Positions 1 to 13,501 of a DNA stretch of 64,000 bases are shown piece after piece. This DNA is from Eledone cirrhosa (taxonomy: Eukaryota). Both the position numbers and the translations under genes were made by a program. Within the stretch, counting starts at the first letter, position 1. The number at the start of each line of letters is the position of its first letter. The stretch is from the NCBI GenBank assembly GCA_964016885.1, contig OZ024743.1:87172001-87236000 (forward strand), in the 5' to 3' direction. Under the pieces are notes generated by a model. The model worked only from the letters and a program-made list of their open reading frames with translations. It was not told the origin of the DNA and searched no databases.

Positions 1-175
1 AGTGCTGCTGTTGTTGTTGTTGTTGTTAGTGTTGGTGGTGGTGGTGTAGAAGTTGGAGCAGTTGTAGGTCCAGTTTCAGACAACTATATTCTTCTTTAGT
101 AGTCAAAACGTCTGTTAGAATGTTTTGAGGCATTTCGGCTCTCTCTGCTCTGAATTCAAATCCCAGCAATTTCAA

Positions 176-371
176 CTCTTCTTCTTCTTCTTCTTCGTCT
201 TCTTCTTCTTCTTCTTCTTCTTCTTCTTCTTCTTCTTCTTCTTTTTTTTCTTCTTCTTCTTCTTCTTCTTCTTCTTCTTCTTCTTCTTCTTCTTCTTCTT
301 CTTCTTCTTCTTCTTCTTCTTCTTCTTCTTCTTCTTCTTCTTCTTCTTCTTCTTCTTCTTCTTCTTCTTCC
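176..371. repeat. (CTT)n microsatellite
   Basis: Direct trinucleotide run; explains the poly-E and poly-F ORFs. Confidence 0.97.
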
Positions 372-379
372 TGAGAAGA

Positions 380-1090
380 TCGTGTGTGCAGAGTCCTCAA
401 ACGTTCCTTCTAACAGGTCCTGTCAGAAACAACCACCACCAACTCATCCGGTTGGATCCATGGGTCTCCTGTCGGTTGCTTTTTGTCCATATGCAGGCCG
501 TCTCGTGCCGTGGTCCCAGCAAAGAGAAAGGAGAAAATGTTGCCCCGGTGGATGGCGAAGGAGACATGTTAGAATAGCCATTTCAACTCACGACGGGTCT
601 TACTCCTGCAGGTGGCCAATTCCAATTCGATAGTAGTGGGTAGGGATGTGGTCCGGGAGCCAAGACGCTGGAGTTTCCACTGCTACACATTCGAACACAA
701 ACCTGTGGGAGAGTGAACGATATTCCGATAAGTTTGCCCTCTTCTTTTATATTTCTGTTTTCCATCTTATTGTTCTACTTTCAACGTGACCATCTTCCCG
801 TTCCGTGATAGTAAACCTCTCATCTGGGATGCCACATGCAGCGATACTTTCTCCAGCGGCAACTTGGTGCAGTCTGCGACTAACCCAGGCACGGCTGCAC
901 TTCAAATACCGGTCGCTCTCCGACGTTTTGCGGTCGAGCCCATAGCAGTGGAGTCTTCTGGTGTCCTTGGTGCCCTAGGACCACCTCCCTACCCACCACC
1001 ATCGGCAAAGAGCTGGCTCCCCACATGTGTGAGCCTCGTGAACTGAAATGGCTCTTCCAATGCGTCTCCCTCACCATTCTTCTGTATTCT
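380..1090 (+). mobile_element. Degraded 3' fragment of a CRE-like non-LTR retrotransposon (RLE domain)
   Basis: ORF 786-1046 reads TIFPFRDSKPLIWDATCSDTF...PIAVESSG, typical of restriction-like endonuclease C-termini; homologous to ORF 1470-2045. 5' boundary approximate. Confidence 0.6.
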
Positions 1091-1469
1091 GTCCACCGGG
1101 ACGGTGGGGTGGCCAATGCGTGGGCTCCCATTTGCATATAACAGTGAGACATGGGGAGAGCAAGAGAGATGGAGGCTGTGAGTGAAAGAGCGAGAACATC
1201 AACGTACACACTTGATAAGCCAAATATACATTACTAGGAATGGATATGAGTGAAATTGAATATTGAAAGTAACTTTTGACATTTGAATATTTTAACACTT
1301 ACTTTCAACTGTGCAGTTACATAAGTTGAGAGAGAGGGGGATAGAAGAGAGTATATAATGAGGGAGGGGGAGAGAGGTACTATTAAATGTTTTCACTTTC
1401 TTACTAATCATGTTTATGGAAGTAAATCTAATCAACATGCCACCGCCATAAATGTAACTTAAGGGTAGT

Positions 1470-2400
1470 TCACCTCGTGGTCCTGGCCAACAGAATGTAG
1501 AAGACATTGTCCTGGAGGATGGCGGGGAGAGACGCGCTTGAACAGCTACTCCACCTCGCGGGGCTCGCACCTGCGGACACCCAACTCCGCTCCGATATCA
1601 GTGAACAGGCATGTGGTCTGGGGGACAAGGACGCCAGAAGTCTCCACTGCCACAGGTTCAACCACGAACCTATCAGAAAGCAGTCGATATTTTGACAGTT
1701 TGCATTCTTCAGATTGGTCGGCAGCAAGGCCGAGGGTGGTAGTCGAACGCTGGAGAAGGTATCACAATAAGTAGCATCCCAAATGAAGGGCCTACCCCCG
1801 TGGAACGGGTAGATTATCATGCCGTCAGGCCTTTTGCTATCCCCTGGTTCGAGCTGGGAAGGGAAGCCTGCGGTGTCCAGGCCATGTTTTATGATCTCGT
1901 TGAGAGCAGCATGGCGTGGGAGGCGGCCAGCACTATAACCACATGGTAGTGGGTGGTGACCGAAAGAATCCACAACGGAACTGCAGCAGCACTTGTGAGG
2001 TTCACAGATCCGAAGGCCGAACCTCAGGGAAACAACTATTCGCAATCAGTCGCTGTCCAGCCAGTCGAGAGTAATGGTACTGCGTTGAGCCCGGCGTCAC
2101 AGTGGGGTTGAGAGGCAGAGTGAAACCATGCCTGGCTGTGCTGGATGAGTCGGCGCACAAGCCTGTCTGAGGTCATGTTGTACTGGACAGCGACCCATTT
2201 CTTGGGGGGGGGGGCTGGATTCATATGGAGGGGAAAGGGGAATGGACGTTCACAGGGTGGAGGCCGAGCTGGTCCCATCTCGCTTAGGCCGTCTCGCGTT
2301 CCTCGATCGCAGTAGGTTCAGTTGTGTTGTGGAGAACCCTGTTGATAAGGACACAAGAGGTCACAGACGAAAGAAAAAAACGGAAACTGAGACCACCATA
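1470..2400 (-). mobile_element. Degraded CRE-like non-LTR retrotransposon 3' fragment (Zn knuckle + RLE)
   Basis: LRFGLRICEPHKCCCSSVVDSFGHHPLPCGYSAGRLPRHAALNEII...RPDGMIIYPF...WDATYCDT: CCHC-like knuckle, RH motif and PD..D endonuclease signature. Confidence 0.7.
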
Positions 2401-2616
2401 TTGCTGATCAATGCTCCAGTCCTCGATGCCTGCACCTCCCCCAGCCCCATCCCAGAACCACAGGGAGCTACCTGCAGCACATACGCCACCATCAACAGGT
2501 GGAAGAGAGGCAGAAACTATTCAGCGTGTGACGTTTCCATCATCTTTTTACGTCGGTCTGACACAACAGGCCTCGAATGTTCTCACAGCGTGGAAATGAA
2601 GCAGCTGCCACGACAG

Positions 2617-3007
2617 CAGTGGTGGTGGTGGTGGTGGTTGTGGTGGTGGTGGTGGTGGTGGTGGTTGTGGTGGTGGTGGTGGTTGTGGTGGTGGTGGTGG
2701 TGGTGGTGGTGGTGGTGGTGGTGGTGGTGGTGGTGGTGGTGGTGGTGGTGGTGGTTGTGGTGGTGGCGGTGGTTGTGGTGGTTGTGGTGGTGGTGGTGGC
2801 GGTGGTGGCGGTGGTGGTTGTGGTGGTGGTGGTGGTGGTGGTGGTGGTGGCGGTGGCGGTGGTGGTGGTGGTGGTGGTGGTGGTGGTGGTGGTGGTGGTG
2901 GTTGTGGTGGTGGTTGTGGTGGTGGTGGTGGTGGTGGTGGTGGTGGTGGTTGTGGTGGTGGTTGTGGTGGTGGTGGTGGTGGTGGTTGTGGTAGGGTTGG
3001 GTGGTAT

Positions 3008-3056
<49 letters not shown>

Positions 3057-3265
3057 GCTGCTGCTGTTGCTGCTACTGCTGCTGTTGCTACTGCTACTAC
3101 TACTAATACTAATACTACCACCACCACCACCACCACCACCACTACTAGTACTACTTCTGCTGCTGCTGCTACTATTACACTACTATTACTACTACTACTA
3201 CTACTGCTGCAGATGATGCTGCTGTTTTTGCTGTTGTTGCTGTTGATATTGCTGCTGCTGCTGCT
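2617..3265. repeat. Compound (GGT)n/(CTA)n/(CTG)n microsatellite
   Basis: Direct trinucleotide runs. Confidence 0.95.
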
Positions 3266-3532
3266 TCCTTTATAGTATCATATAAATTGATTTTTTTCCC
3301 CTTCTCTTTCTAGATGTAATTTCAAAAAAGATTTCAACTGTATTTCTCAAAGAATTTTCCTTGATAATTCGGAATATCTTTGAATAATGGCGATGACGTC
3401 ATATAAATATCAGCAATAAAAGGATTGCATTAATCACTATCGATACCTATAAAGTATTGATACTGAAGTCCACCCCAAGACTGATCACTACCGACATTAT
3501 TTTAATATAATATATAAATTTCTCCATATATA

Positions 3533-3810
3533 TAGCGTGGCTTAATGGTTAGAACGTTGAGCTCACAATCGTGAAGTTGTCAGTTCGAATCCCAGTCTTG
3601 GCGATGCGCTGTGTTCTTGAGCAAAACACTTTATTTCATGTTGCTCCAGTTCACTCAGCTGTAGAAGTGAGTTGTGACGTCACTGGTGCCAAGCTGTATC
3701 AGCCATTACCTTTCCCTTGGACAACATCGGTGGCGTGGAGAGGGGAGACTGGTATACATGGGCGACTGCTGGTTTTCCACAAACAAACCTTGCCCAGACT
3801 TGTGCTGGAT
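3533..3810 (+). mobile_element. tRNA-derived SINE
   Basis: A-box-like tggcttaatgg and B-box gttcgaatccc, followed by a tgtgttcttgagcaaaacacttt...ccagttcactcagctg body. End approximate. Confidence 0.65.
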
Positions 3811-4377
3811 GGAAACTTTCTATGTGCAAAACCAGTAATTCGCAGAGTTTCCCAACCTGAAATCCCTGAGCTATATATAACAAAGGTTCTCCTTTTCTCT
3901 GGAGGAAATCGGCAACGTCTGGCCCTGGAGAAGTATGAACGCCACCCCTACGACTTCATCAGGTGTGGGAAATATGTAATGCATGGGAAAATCAGTTTAA
4001 ATAAATAGGGTTTTGGACTGAAACCCTTTTCTGTTCGGGTTATATGATTTCACAGGCTTTTTCTTTTCCTAGCAATGAGGTATTGTGTCTAAAATTTGTC
4101 TTCAACTTAACTAGAATCTCAATCAATGATGTGGTGGCCTTCATCTAAGTCTGACACTAAATACGTGTGTGGGTCAGTATGTTGAGCATCCCAATTCATA
4201 TCTACTACAACTACTACTACTACTACTACTATTGCTGCTGCTGCTGCTGCTGTTCCTGCAGCTGCTGCAGTTCCTGCTGCCGCCGCTACTGCTACTGCTA
4301 CTGCTACTACTCTGCTGCTGCTACTATTGCTACTGCCACTACCACTAATATCACTACTACTGCTACCACCACCACCT

Positions 4378-4488
<111 letters not shown>

Positions 4489-4699
4489 TTTTCTTTATTA
4501 ACCACAAGGGTTTACATAAAGTAGACATTAAGGACAGTACAGGACAATACAGGATGGTACAAATGGGCATTTCTGCGTGTAAAAAAAAAAAAACAGAGGA
4601 TGTAACAAAAAATAACAAAGAAAAATTCCCCAATAGGGGGGAGACTTCGGAGGGACATTTGTGGAGAAAGCCCAGTAAAAGGCCACAGTGACCCTGACC

Positions 4700-7355
4700 A
4701 CCAAGGCAAGTGCCCTTCTCCCAGTTTTCCACCTTTAATTTACAGATACGTACTCAGAGTAGGCCCATTCACTCGGGCCTTTCTTGCTTCTCTCACCCAT
4801 CTTTCAACAAAATGCTGGGAGAGAGCACTTCCCTCTCTACTCTGATTTTCCTTTTCAAATGAAATTTGAAAAAGTCAATCAGGGCATCATCGTCTTCAGC
4901 CCTTTCAAACGTGTCCACCATACTATCTCTTTCGCCATGGCCACCAGACAGCTAAAAACTGCCTGCCCTTCCCGGCTAAAGGAAGAGGGCGGGGCAATCC
5001 TCACGATGGACTCAGATGATAGCCGGATCCGTCCTACACGCTACAGCAGGTGTTAGACATAAACCCACAAGTCAGCAATTTTCGGACACTGGACGAGTGC
5101 GTGCATGACGGTTTTGTCGCCCTGCGCGCATCTCGGACATGCCCCGTTGACGGCACCTCCATGCCTGTAGAGTTTATCCCGAACTGGCAAGGCTCCTCGG
5201 TAGCACTGCCAGGCCAGAGATTTCTGGAAGTTGTCCATAGGTCCCGGCCCGAAAGTTCTTCCGAAGAGATTGGCTAGTTGATTTTCGTCGACGCCTAAAG
5301 TTTCCCCAAGTACGTCGTCGCTCTTCCCCTCCACTAATCCTCTATAGAACGCCGATGTGGAGTTTCCACCGATCACATTGCCCGATTGGTCCAGTTTGTG
5401 CAGTAATGGCTCGAGAGCCAATACGTACAAGAGGGACGAGAGGAGACATCCTTGGCGGACCGAGCGCATGATGTTGAACGGTTCCGAAAGGTGACCGTTC
5501 ACTCTCACCACAGAGCAGATGTCGCTGTGCATGGCAGCGATCCAGCCTCTGAAGACGGGCCCATAGCCAGCCGCCCTCAGGACTGCCGCTAGGTAACGAT
5601 GGTCGACCCTATCGAAAGCTTTCGACTGATCTAAATTGATCAAAGAGCCACCTGTGCCAGGTTCCCTAGCTACCCTCTCTACGATGTATCGCATGAGGTG
5701 GAGGTTGTCGTGGATGGATCTGTCGGGAATGGTGCATGTCTGCGCCTCTCCCACCAGACCACCAACGACAAGCGCCAACCTCTTTGCTAGTACCTTGGCC
5801 AAAATCTTGAATTCTGTGTTTAGCAGAGTTATGGGCCTGAAATTATCTATGTTATCCTCCTTGTTCGGATCCTTTCTCAGCAGTGCCACCGCTCCTCGGC
5901 TCACAGAACTGGGAATTCTCCCGTTCTGTTGCCAGTTCCAGTAGACGTCCGCCAAGAGGCCTCCGAACAAGTCTGGCATCTGTACGTAAATTTGATAGGG
6001 CAGACCATGCAAACCAGGCGATTTACCCCTTGTGCAGCCAGTCATTGCCTCCCTTACTTCAGCGGCTGTTATCGGCTTTTCGCAACACTCCGCCTCAGTG
6101 GCCGAGAGCCGCGGCAGTCCGTCGAGGTAGACACTAAAGTCCATCCCTCGACTCGGCCCACCGCTGCCCCCGAACAGCTGAGCGAAGTGTCGCTGAAAAG
6201 CTTCACACATTTTCCTGGGATCGAATAGCATGCGCCCGTCGTGGTCCACCAAAGACTGGACCGCGGCTTTGTTGCCACGACGCGCCTCCGCCACTCGGGC
6301 CCATTGAACGGCTTTCGTCCCCTCGTGTCTGAGAACACGCACCCTAGCTCTGACAACGCAGCCTTCATGCTTTGCATTGAAGAATTGGTCAAGGGCCAAT
6401 TTCGCCGCAAGCACGTCGGTCGCAATGCCTTTGCTAAGCGCCTCGTCTAATTTTCTAACTAGTTCTCCCTCTGCTCTATTTTTCTCTATTACTAAAGCCT
6501 TACTAAACCTAATGGATTCTATTCTAATCGCTCTTTTGAAGAGCAAACCACCACTTGTTGTTGACGATGGCCCCCGTCAACGCCCGCTTAACTAGTTCGC
6601 TAATCCGGTCTCTGTAGGCCTTGCGCGCTGGTAAGGGCGCGTTTAGCTTCCAGTAGCCGGGTCCTCGTCTATGAAGCCTATCTAAGTCAAGCACACAGAT
6701 CACGAATTTGTGGTCCGTGTAGCTGACTATCTTGAATTGTGGACAGCCTATGCTAGACCTATCTATTTCCCTACAAAATACTCTATCTAGATATGATGTG
6801 GATGACCCTATGCGATTTGTCCAAGTCCACATTGGCACATTCAGGAAATCCAATCGGTACCTGTCAGACAGTTCAAAACGCCTGAGCAGGTTGGTGAGGC
6901 TCTTGCACCCTCCACCCCTATCCACTAATCCCACACAGTCCCAGCGTGCATCTAAGATCCCGTTCCAGTCGCCCACTAACACTAAAGAGCGGGACGTTCC
7001 AAGAAAGGTCTCCAGACGCCGGAAGAAATCAGGCTGCCCTGCTCCTGTCGGGGCATAGACGGCCACTAGCCTGAAAGCTTTCCCGTCTCCGCTGGTCACG
7101 TCCAGCACCACCAACTTACCCTCTGGGTCCAGGAAGATGGCCCGTATGGCGAGATCCAAACCTCTCCGAAAAAGCACAGCAACTCCTCCCCCCGATCCCG
7201 GACGTCTGGGAGATGCGTACACATCGTAGCCGCCGAAGATCGCTGATGGCCATTACATCTATGGCTAGTGACCTGAGGTCGTTGAGCAGGTGACCCTGCT
7301 TCCATGACGACCCCAAGCCACGCGCATTTATGCTGCCTATTCTGAGTGAGGTCAT
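4700..7355 (-). pseudogene. Tx1 ORF2 (APE endonuclease + reverse transcriptase + C-terminal Zn motif), frameshifted
   Basis: MTSLRIGSINARGL; GGGVAVLF, VYAP, LVGDWN, YLDR, TDHK (APE); KSPGLHG, NFRPITLLNTEFKILAK, LDQSKAFDRVDH, VRQGC (RT); CPRC...HALVQCP. The YADD region is absent. Confidence 0.88.
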
Positions 7356-7390
7356 GTTTAAAATAGAGTGGAAAAGATGGGAAAGACAAC

Positions 7391-9532
7391 TTACCGTACT
7401 TTTCGTAGAGGAAGGATGGTTTTTCCATCCCTTTTCACTTGATCGTCTGGTGAAGGGACCGTTGAATCGTCCCTTCGGCTGGTCGTCGGCTCTTCTATGA
7501 GTATGTCCGAATATACTCTTCGGTTGAGAGTCCCTCCTAGGTCTCTGAAATCACCAACTGCATTGGGGAATTTCGTTTTAATGTTTGTGTATTGTTTCTG
7601 TGCTATTTTTTGCAGTCTTATGTTAGTTGGCGTTTTGATTGGTACTGGTATTATGTAGTCGTGCTGTGAAATGTCTGTGTGTTCAATTATGTAAGACATT
7701 AGTTTTTTGTTGTGTGTATTTATTGCCGTGCATTTGTTTTTCTGGGGGTGGGGTGTGGTTCTGCTATTTTCTTGTCGTTGTTGCTGGGTGTGTGTGTTTT
7801 GTTGTTGTGTTTGCGATGTTGGTGCTTGTGGTGGTGGTGTTGAAGGTGTTGTTGTTGTTGGCGGTGGGGTTGTCGCCGGTGGTGATGGTGGTGCTAGTGT
7901 GGGTGGTGATGGTGTTGGTGGTGTTGCTGCTGTGAGTCTCTTTGCAGTAGCCTTTACCCTTTTTTCATTTCTTTCCTCCCTTTTCGAAGGTGACGATCGC
8001 TGCTTCTGCGTTTGTGCCTTCTTACGACCTTTTGCCATCCCTCTCCCACCTCATACACCATGTCTGATTCTGTGAGGTCGGGGAGGGGTACCAGCTCCAC
8101 TCTTTCACTTGTTGTTGTTGGTGATGTTTGCACTGGAGTCTCTGTTGCAGCTGCATTTGGTATTGCTGTTGTTGCTGTTAATACTTCCACTGCTGCTGCT
8201 GTTTTTGACTTCCGTGGCGTGGGTATGGGTGCCACGGACCTATCGTTCCTGGTTGCCGCTTGTCCTGTTGCTGGTAGCCGTGGAGCCGGTTTCGGAAGGA
8301 GGGGGGTTTTCTCCTTTCTCAGGGTCTTCTCGTTGCAGGTGAGTCTTCGATCCACAGCGAAAGCATTTCGGGCGTTTGCCCTCAACACTTATGGGCAGTT
8401 GAGTGCCGTTATGGAAGTCTATCACATCCGGGATAGCTTCGATGCATTTCTAGTTGGTTTGGATTAACATCTCAATGGAGGTGCCGACCCAATCTTCTCT
8501 TACTTTTTTCTGTACTTGCAGTACAGTTGTTTTATCCTCGATTCCGACGAGGACAGACGCGGCCAGCCAAGAAGGGGCCATCCCGGGGGGGACGTGGGTC
8601 AGTTTGACCCTCATAATTCTTTGCTCGCTGTAGGAGGGCACCAACACCATTTTCTCGCTCCTTAGGGTCACTAAGGATTGAGCCTTTGCCTCCTGGGGTG
8701 TGGAAAAAAGCACGTCTACGGTGGCATATTTCTTGCCTCGGGTGATGTGCGTTTTCCGCTGCCACACAGACCCTAAGGCTTTTTGTATTTGAGCCTCTGT
8801 GGCTCTTTCAACCCTACGGGATTTTGTGCTTACTGTACGGTACGTGACCGTACAGTGCTGTTGGGTTTCTAAAAATGTTTCGGCTGCCTTGCAGATTGCT
8901 CGGTGTCCTGTTTTTGTCACCATCTTCTTCGCTTCCTCTAATTCCTCATTTGTTATGAGGATGGTTTCCAGGTTCTTTGCGATACCTGCAAACGAGATTG
9001 GTTTTTCTTTGCTGCTGTTGTTGTTGTTGTTGTCGTCAGAGCTGCTGTTACTTTTGTTGTTGCTGCAGGTACTACGACTACTGCCGCCGCCGCTGTTGCT
9101 GTGGTTGTTGTTGTTGTTGTTGCTGCTGCTGCTGTTGTTGTTGCTGCTAATGCTGTTGTTGTTTATGCTGCTGCTGCTGCTGCTTATGCTGTTGCGGCTG
9201 CTACTGTTGTTTTCCTTGTCACTGTTGCTGGTGCTGCTGTTATTACGGCTGCTACTGCTATTATTCCTGACGTCAGACGAATGAAATGGGTTTTCGTATT
9301 TCCCGCACACCTTTTTCGTCGTTGTCGTTGTCGTCGTCGTCGTGGAGAAATCTTGCACGCTTTGCACGTGATTTTTCTTTTCTGGCGTTGCTTGCGAAAG
9401 AGAAGGGAGGGAGAGAGACACATTTAGAGAAGAGAGGGAGAGAGACAATCTTCTCTCTGCTGTAGTGACGATTGAGGAAGAAGAAGACGGAATGAGTGGG
9501 AGTGACCTATGAAAATTCTTTTTCGTAGCCAT
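7391..9532 (-). pseudogene. Tx1 ORF1 (gag-like), fragmented
   Basis: Consecutive minus-strand ORFs 8450-9568, 8240-8425 (CFRCGSKTHL degenerate zinc knuckle), 7954-8388 and 7391-8038, immediately upstream of ORF2. Confidence 0.7.
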
Positions 9533-9706
9533 GTTTTTTTTTTTTTGTTTAAAATAAATATTGGGCACAAAACCCCAATAAGCGGTTATTTAACCCCGAA
9601 GGGCTAAATAACGGGCAGAAAGAAAGTTTTAAACAATTTACAATTGTTATAGCGGTCAAAATTTACAATACCTTACAGAGCCGAGCCTCCGTCAACCATA
9701 GCATTC

Positions 9707-9741
<35 letters not shown>

Positions 9742-10334
9742 AACTCCAACATTATGATGTTGTTGCTGTTGCTGCTGCTGTTGCAAATTGAACGAAATGT
9801 CAGGCTATTTCTTTACGAAAACATTTCTAGAATCATTTACAAAATTGCAGAAGCAGACGATAATTCAACCGCTTCTTTATTGTTTTATTTTGTTTTTATT
9901 TTTGATTGGTTTGGCTGTTTATTTCTATATTTCTTTAAAATGTTTGTCTTGTAAATCACAACAGAAACTGTAAGAGGAGATGTGATATGATTAGAAATAA
10001 TTGGAGTTTCCAATTGCAACTGTAGGCGATTGGAACAACATTGGAATACCAGAATGTCAAATAATTGTTTTATTCTATTTTTCTTTTATCATATTATATT
10101 CTTTTACTGATTTCAGTCAATAGACTGCGGCGATGTTGAGCCACAGTCTTGACTTAGTCAAACATATCAACCATAATCCTTTTCTTTCTTTTTTTCTTTT
10201 CAAGTCAGGTACATATTTGGCATTAGGAAGGGCATCCAGCTGTAGAAACCAAGCGAGAAAGTATTCTGTATGAACAAGATATGGTCATTTGATCTGACTT
10301 GACTTACAGTGGGACAACTCATCTAACCTATGCG

Positions 10335-10410
<76 letters not shown>

Positions 10411-10649
10411 TAAACGGAATAGAAAATGCTGACAAATTGTTCACAGTTGAAAAATCGTTTAATTAGGAATAAAAGAGTATTAGTAATTGTATGGGTTAGT
10501 ATTCAGTTGTGGTTTTAAGTTTTTAAGTTTTTACCGGTTGCGCATTTCTAAATGCTTTTCAAAAATAATTTTGAGATAGAGTGTCCGTGTTGTTTGCTCT
10601 GATCTGATTAGTTTTGGGAATTCTACCTGTTTATCAATGTCCCCTCACC

Positions 10650-12222
10650 CAATGATCTCAAATTAAGACCTATAATAGCAGGCCCCGCTTGCGAAATCCA
10701 CCGTCTTAGCAACTTCATTGATACCCTTCTCAAACCCTTCCTCAAACACATCAAAAGCTATATAAGGGACGACCTAGATATGCTCAATCACCTCCCTAAT
10801 ATGCCACTTTCTGAACAAACCCTACTAGTGACGTTCGATGTAGTCAACCTATACTCCAACATCCCCCACAACCTAGGAATAGAAGCTATCCAATTCTAGC
10901 TGGATAATTTCCACAATGAACTCCCACAACGCATCAAAAAAGAATTCGTGATAGAGGGACTCAAATTTATCTTGGAGAACAATTACTTCGTTTTCAATAA
11001 CAAACCCTACAGGCAGAAATCTGGGACCGCTATGGGAACGAAAACAGCCCCCACTTATGCCAACCTAGTCATGGGATACCTGGAAATCACCCTCTACACT
11101 AAAGTCCTAAACAAATTTGGAAACACCCTCCACTTACACATTGAAAGGAACTGGAAGCGATATCTAGATGACTGCTTCATCCTTTGGCACGAAAACATCA
11201 AAAAACTTAAAGAATTTCACACCCTTATAAATGGGCTCAACACGAATATTAACTTCACGATGGAATACAGCCATCAACAACTCCCCTTCCTCGACATCCT
11301 CATTAAGATCCATAACAAAAAAATAGAAACAGACATATACTACAAGCCCACAGACTCCAAACAATATTTCCCTTTCAACTCTTGCCACCCTAGACACGTT
11401 AAAATTAATATTCCCTACAACTTAGCCAAGAGAATCTGTACTATAGTCTCCAATAAAAACATCTGCTACTTACGGCTACAAGAACTAAAGGACACACTCA
11501 TAGGCAGGGACTACCCTGCATCACTAATTGACAATGGAATCCAACGTGCCCTAAAACTCAGTACCCAGGACCTTAGACACCCTAAAGTAAATCAACCGAA
11601 ACTAAAAGCTCTTCCATACATCTCCGCACACAACCCCCTCAACAATGAGGCCTTTGACACCATCCTCCAGAACATCCCTGTGTTGAAAAAGTACCATAGA
11701 ATGAATCAAATCCTACGAACACACGATATCATAAAGAGCAAAAGACAATCCAAGTCAATGAAAAACATCCTAACACATGCCAAAGTACTGCCAACCACAA
11801 CAACGAAACCCACAGTAAAAAAATGCGATAGACCCAACTGTGGCATTTGCATCAACCTAATAGAGGGTTCGGAATTCTATTTCAAAGAAGGACAACGTTT
11901 TATAGTAAAACTCAATTTCACATGTGCATCGGAAAATCTAATATATGTATTAACTTGCTCAGGTTGTCGAGAACAATACATAGGCCAGACCAAAAACAGC
12001 CTCCGCCAACGCATGACTGTCCATAGATCCCAAATTAAAATACGGGAATACAGGAAAATACCACTGAGTGAACACATTGATACCTGTGCCGCCCAAAATC
12101 ATCCCAACTTCAGAATCTTTCCTCTCTACAAATTTAAAGATAATGCCACCCACACCCAGCGCATCAGCAAGGAATCTTACTTCATTAATAAATACGGACC
12201 CCGTCTAAACACTTCTCCCTAA
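10650..12222 (+). pseudogene. PLE reverse transcriptase / GIY-YIG endonuclease (partial)
   Basis: GTAMGTKTAPTYANLVM, WKRYLDDCF, LPFLDI, YYKPTD, SCHP (PLE RT/thumb); CDRPNCGIC linker; NLIYVLTCSGCREQYIGQT..LRQRM..H (GIY-YIG). Upstream frame continues (LRPIIAG, LVTFDVVNLYSNIP) across an in-frame TAG near 10897. Confidence 0.92.
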
Positions 12223-12340
12223 GACGAACCCACAACATACACACGTCAACATACATACCTACATCAGCGCACATCTCTACCCACATATAAACACAATGAC
12301 ATACGTAAACACACATGCTCTATGGTGCAACACAAAAAAA

Positions 12341-12398
<58 letters not shown>

Positions 12399-12580
12399 AT
12401 ATATGTATGTGTATATATATATATATATAGTGAATATCATTTCACACCTTTTATTGTTAAGATTTTTGATGTTCTAAGAGAACCGATTTTACTGAAAAAA
12501 TCGAATAATGAACACCATTTTACCAGGGGAAAAAAATACTGGTCCACCCACACACACATTCTAACACACACACACACACA

Positions 12581-12617
<37 letters not shown>

Positions 12618-12755
12618 GCGCGTACATTAACATACAAAGAGACGTATACACACACACACGCACTTCTCCGTATAAGACAAAAGCTGAAAAATATCTTTTG
12701 ACATGCTAACAGACACATTCTTACTGACCATCCCTGCTACCACGAATTACTCTGC

Positions 12756-12828
<73 letters not shown>

Positions 12829-12894
12829 ATCTTAATAGCCATTTGACACACATCCCTGCTAACCATTATCACAACATCGAACACCTTACTACTA

Positions 12895-12930
<36 letters not shown>

Positions 12931-13260
12931 TTGTTGTGAAAGAGTCATTTCTCAATCTTGGCGCAAAACTAATTTTTTATTCACATGACCTCTACCGACC
13001 AATCAAAATTGTTTTGACCACAAGAATTTTTGCAAACACCAAGTAGCGCTGGAGCCACTTTTTTAACATAAAAACAGTCTTGGCGCAAGATCAATTTTTT
13101 ACATTCACATGACCTCTACCGACCAATCAAAATTGTTTTGACCACAAGAATTTTTGTAACACCAAAGTAGCGCTGGAGCCACTTTTTTAACATAAAAACA
13201 GGTAGAATTCCCAAAACTAATCAGATCAGAGCAAACAACACGGACACTCTATCTCAAAAT

Positions 13261-13300
13261 TATTTTTGAAAAGCATTTAGAAATGCGCAACCGGTAAAAA
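13261..13300 (+). ncRNA. Candidate minimal type I hammerhead (U3-A8 core, GCAA variant); mirror copy on minus strand ~10527-10570
   Basis: ttt-TTGAAAA-gcattt ag aaatgc-GCAA-ccgg-TA-aaa; homologous to the canonical-GAAA form at 35749-35784. Confidence 0.5.
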
Positions 13301-13460
13301 CTTAAAAACTTAAAACCACAACTGAATACTAACCCATACAATTACTAATACTCTTTTATTCCTAATTAAACCATTTTTCAACTGTGAACAATTTGTCAGC
13401 ATTTTATATTCCGTTTACCAATATATAATAACTTGTGTGTTACACCTCTATTCTTTTAAC

Positions 13461-13498
<38 letters not shown>

Positions 13499-13501
<3 letters not shown>

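Larger units (their letters stand above)
10405..13424 (+). mobile_element. 5'-truncated Penelope-like element (Neptune-like) with inverted pseudo-LTR
   Basis: 10405-10632 is the reverse complement of 13194-13424; these bracket an RT + GIY-YIG ORF; (TA)n flanks. Confidence 0.9.

Noticed and set aside
26-3275. Poly-E, F, W, V, T and L ORFs
   Set aside because: Translations of trinucleotide microsatellites.
3571-4008. 145-aa ORF
   Set aside because: Overlaps a SINE; no recognisable domain.
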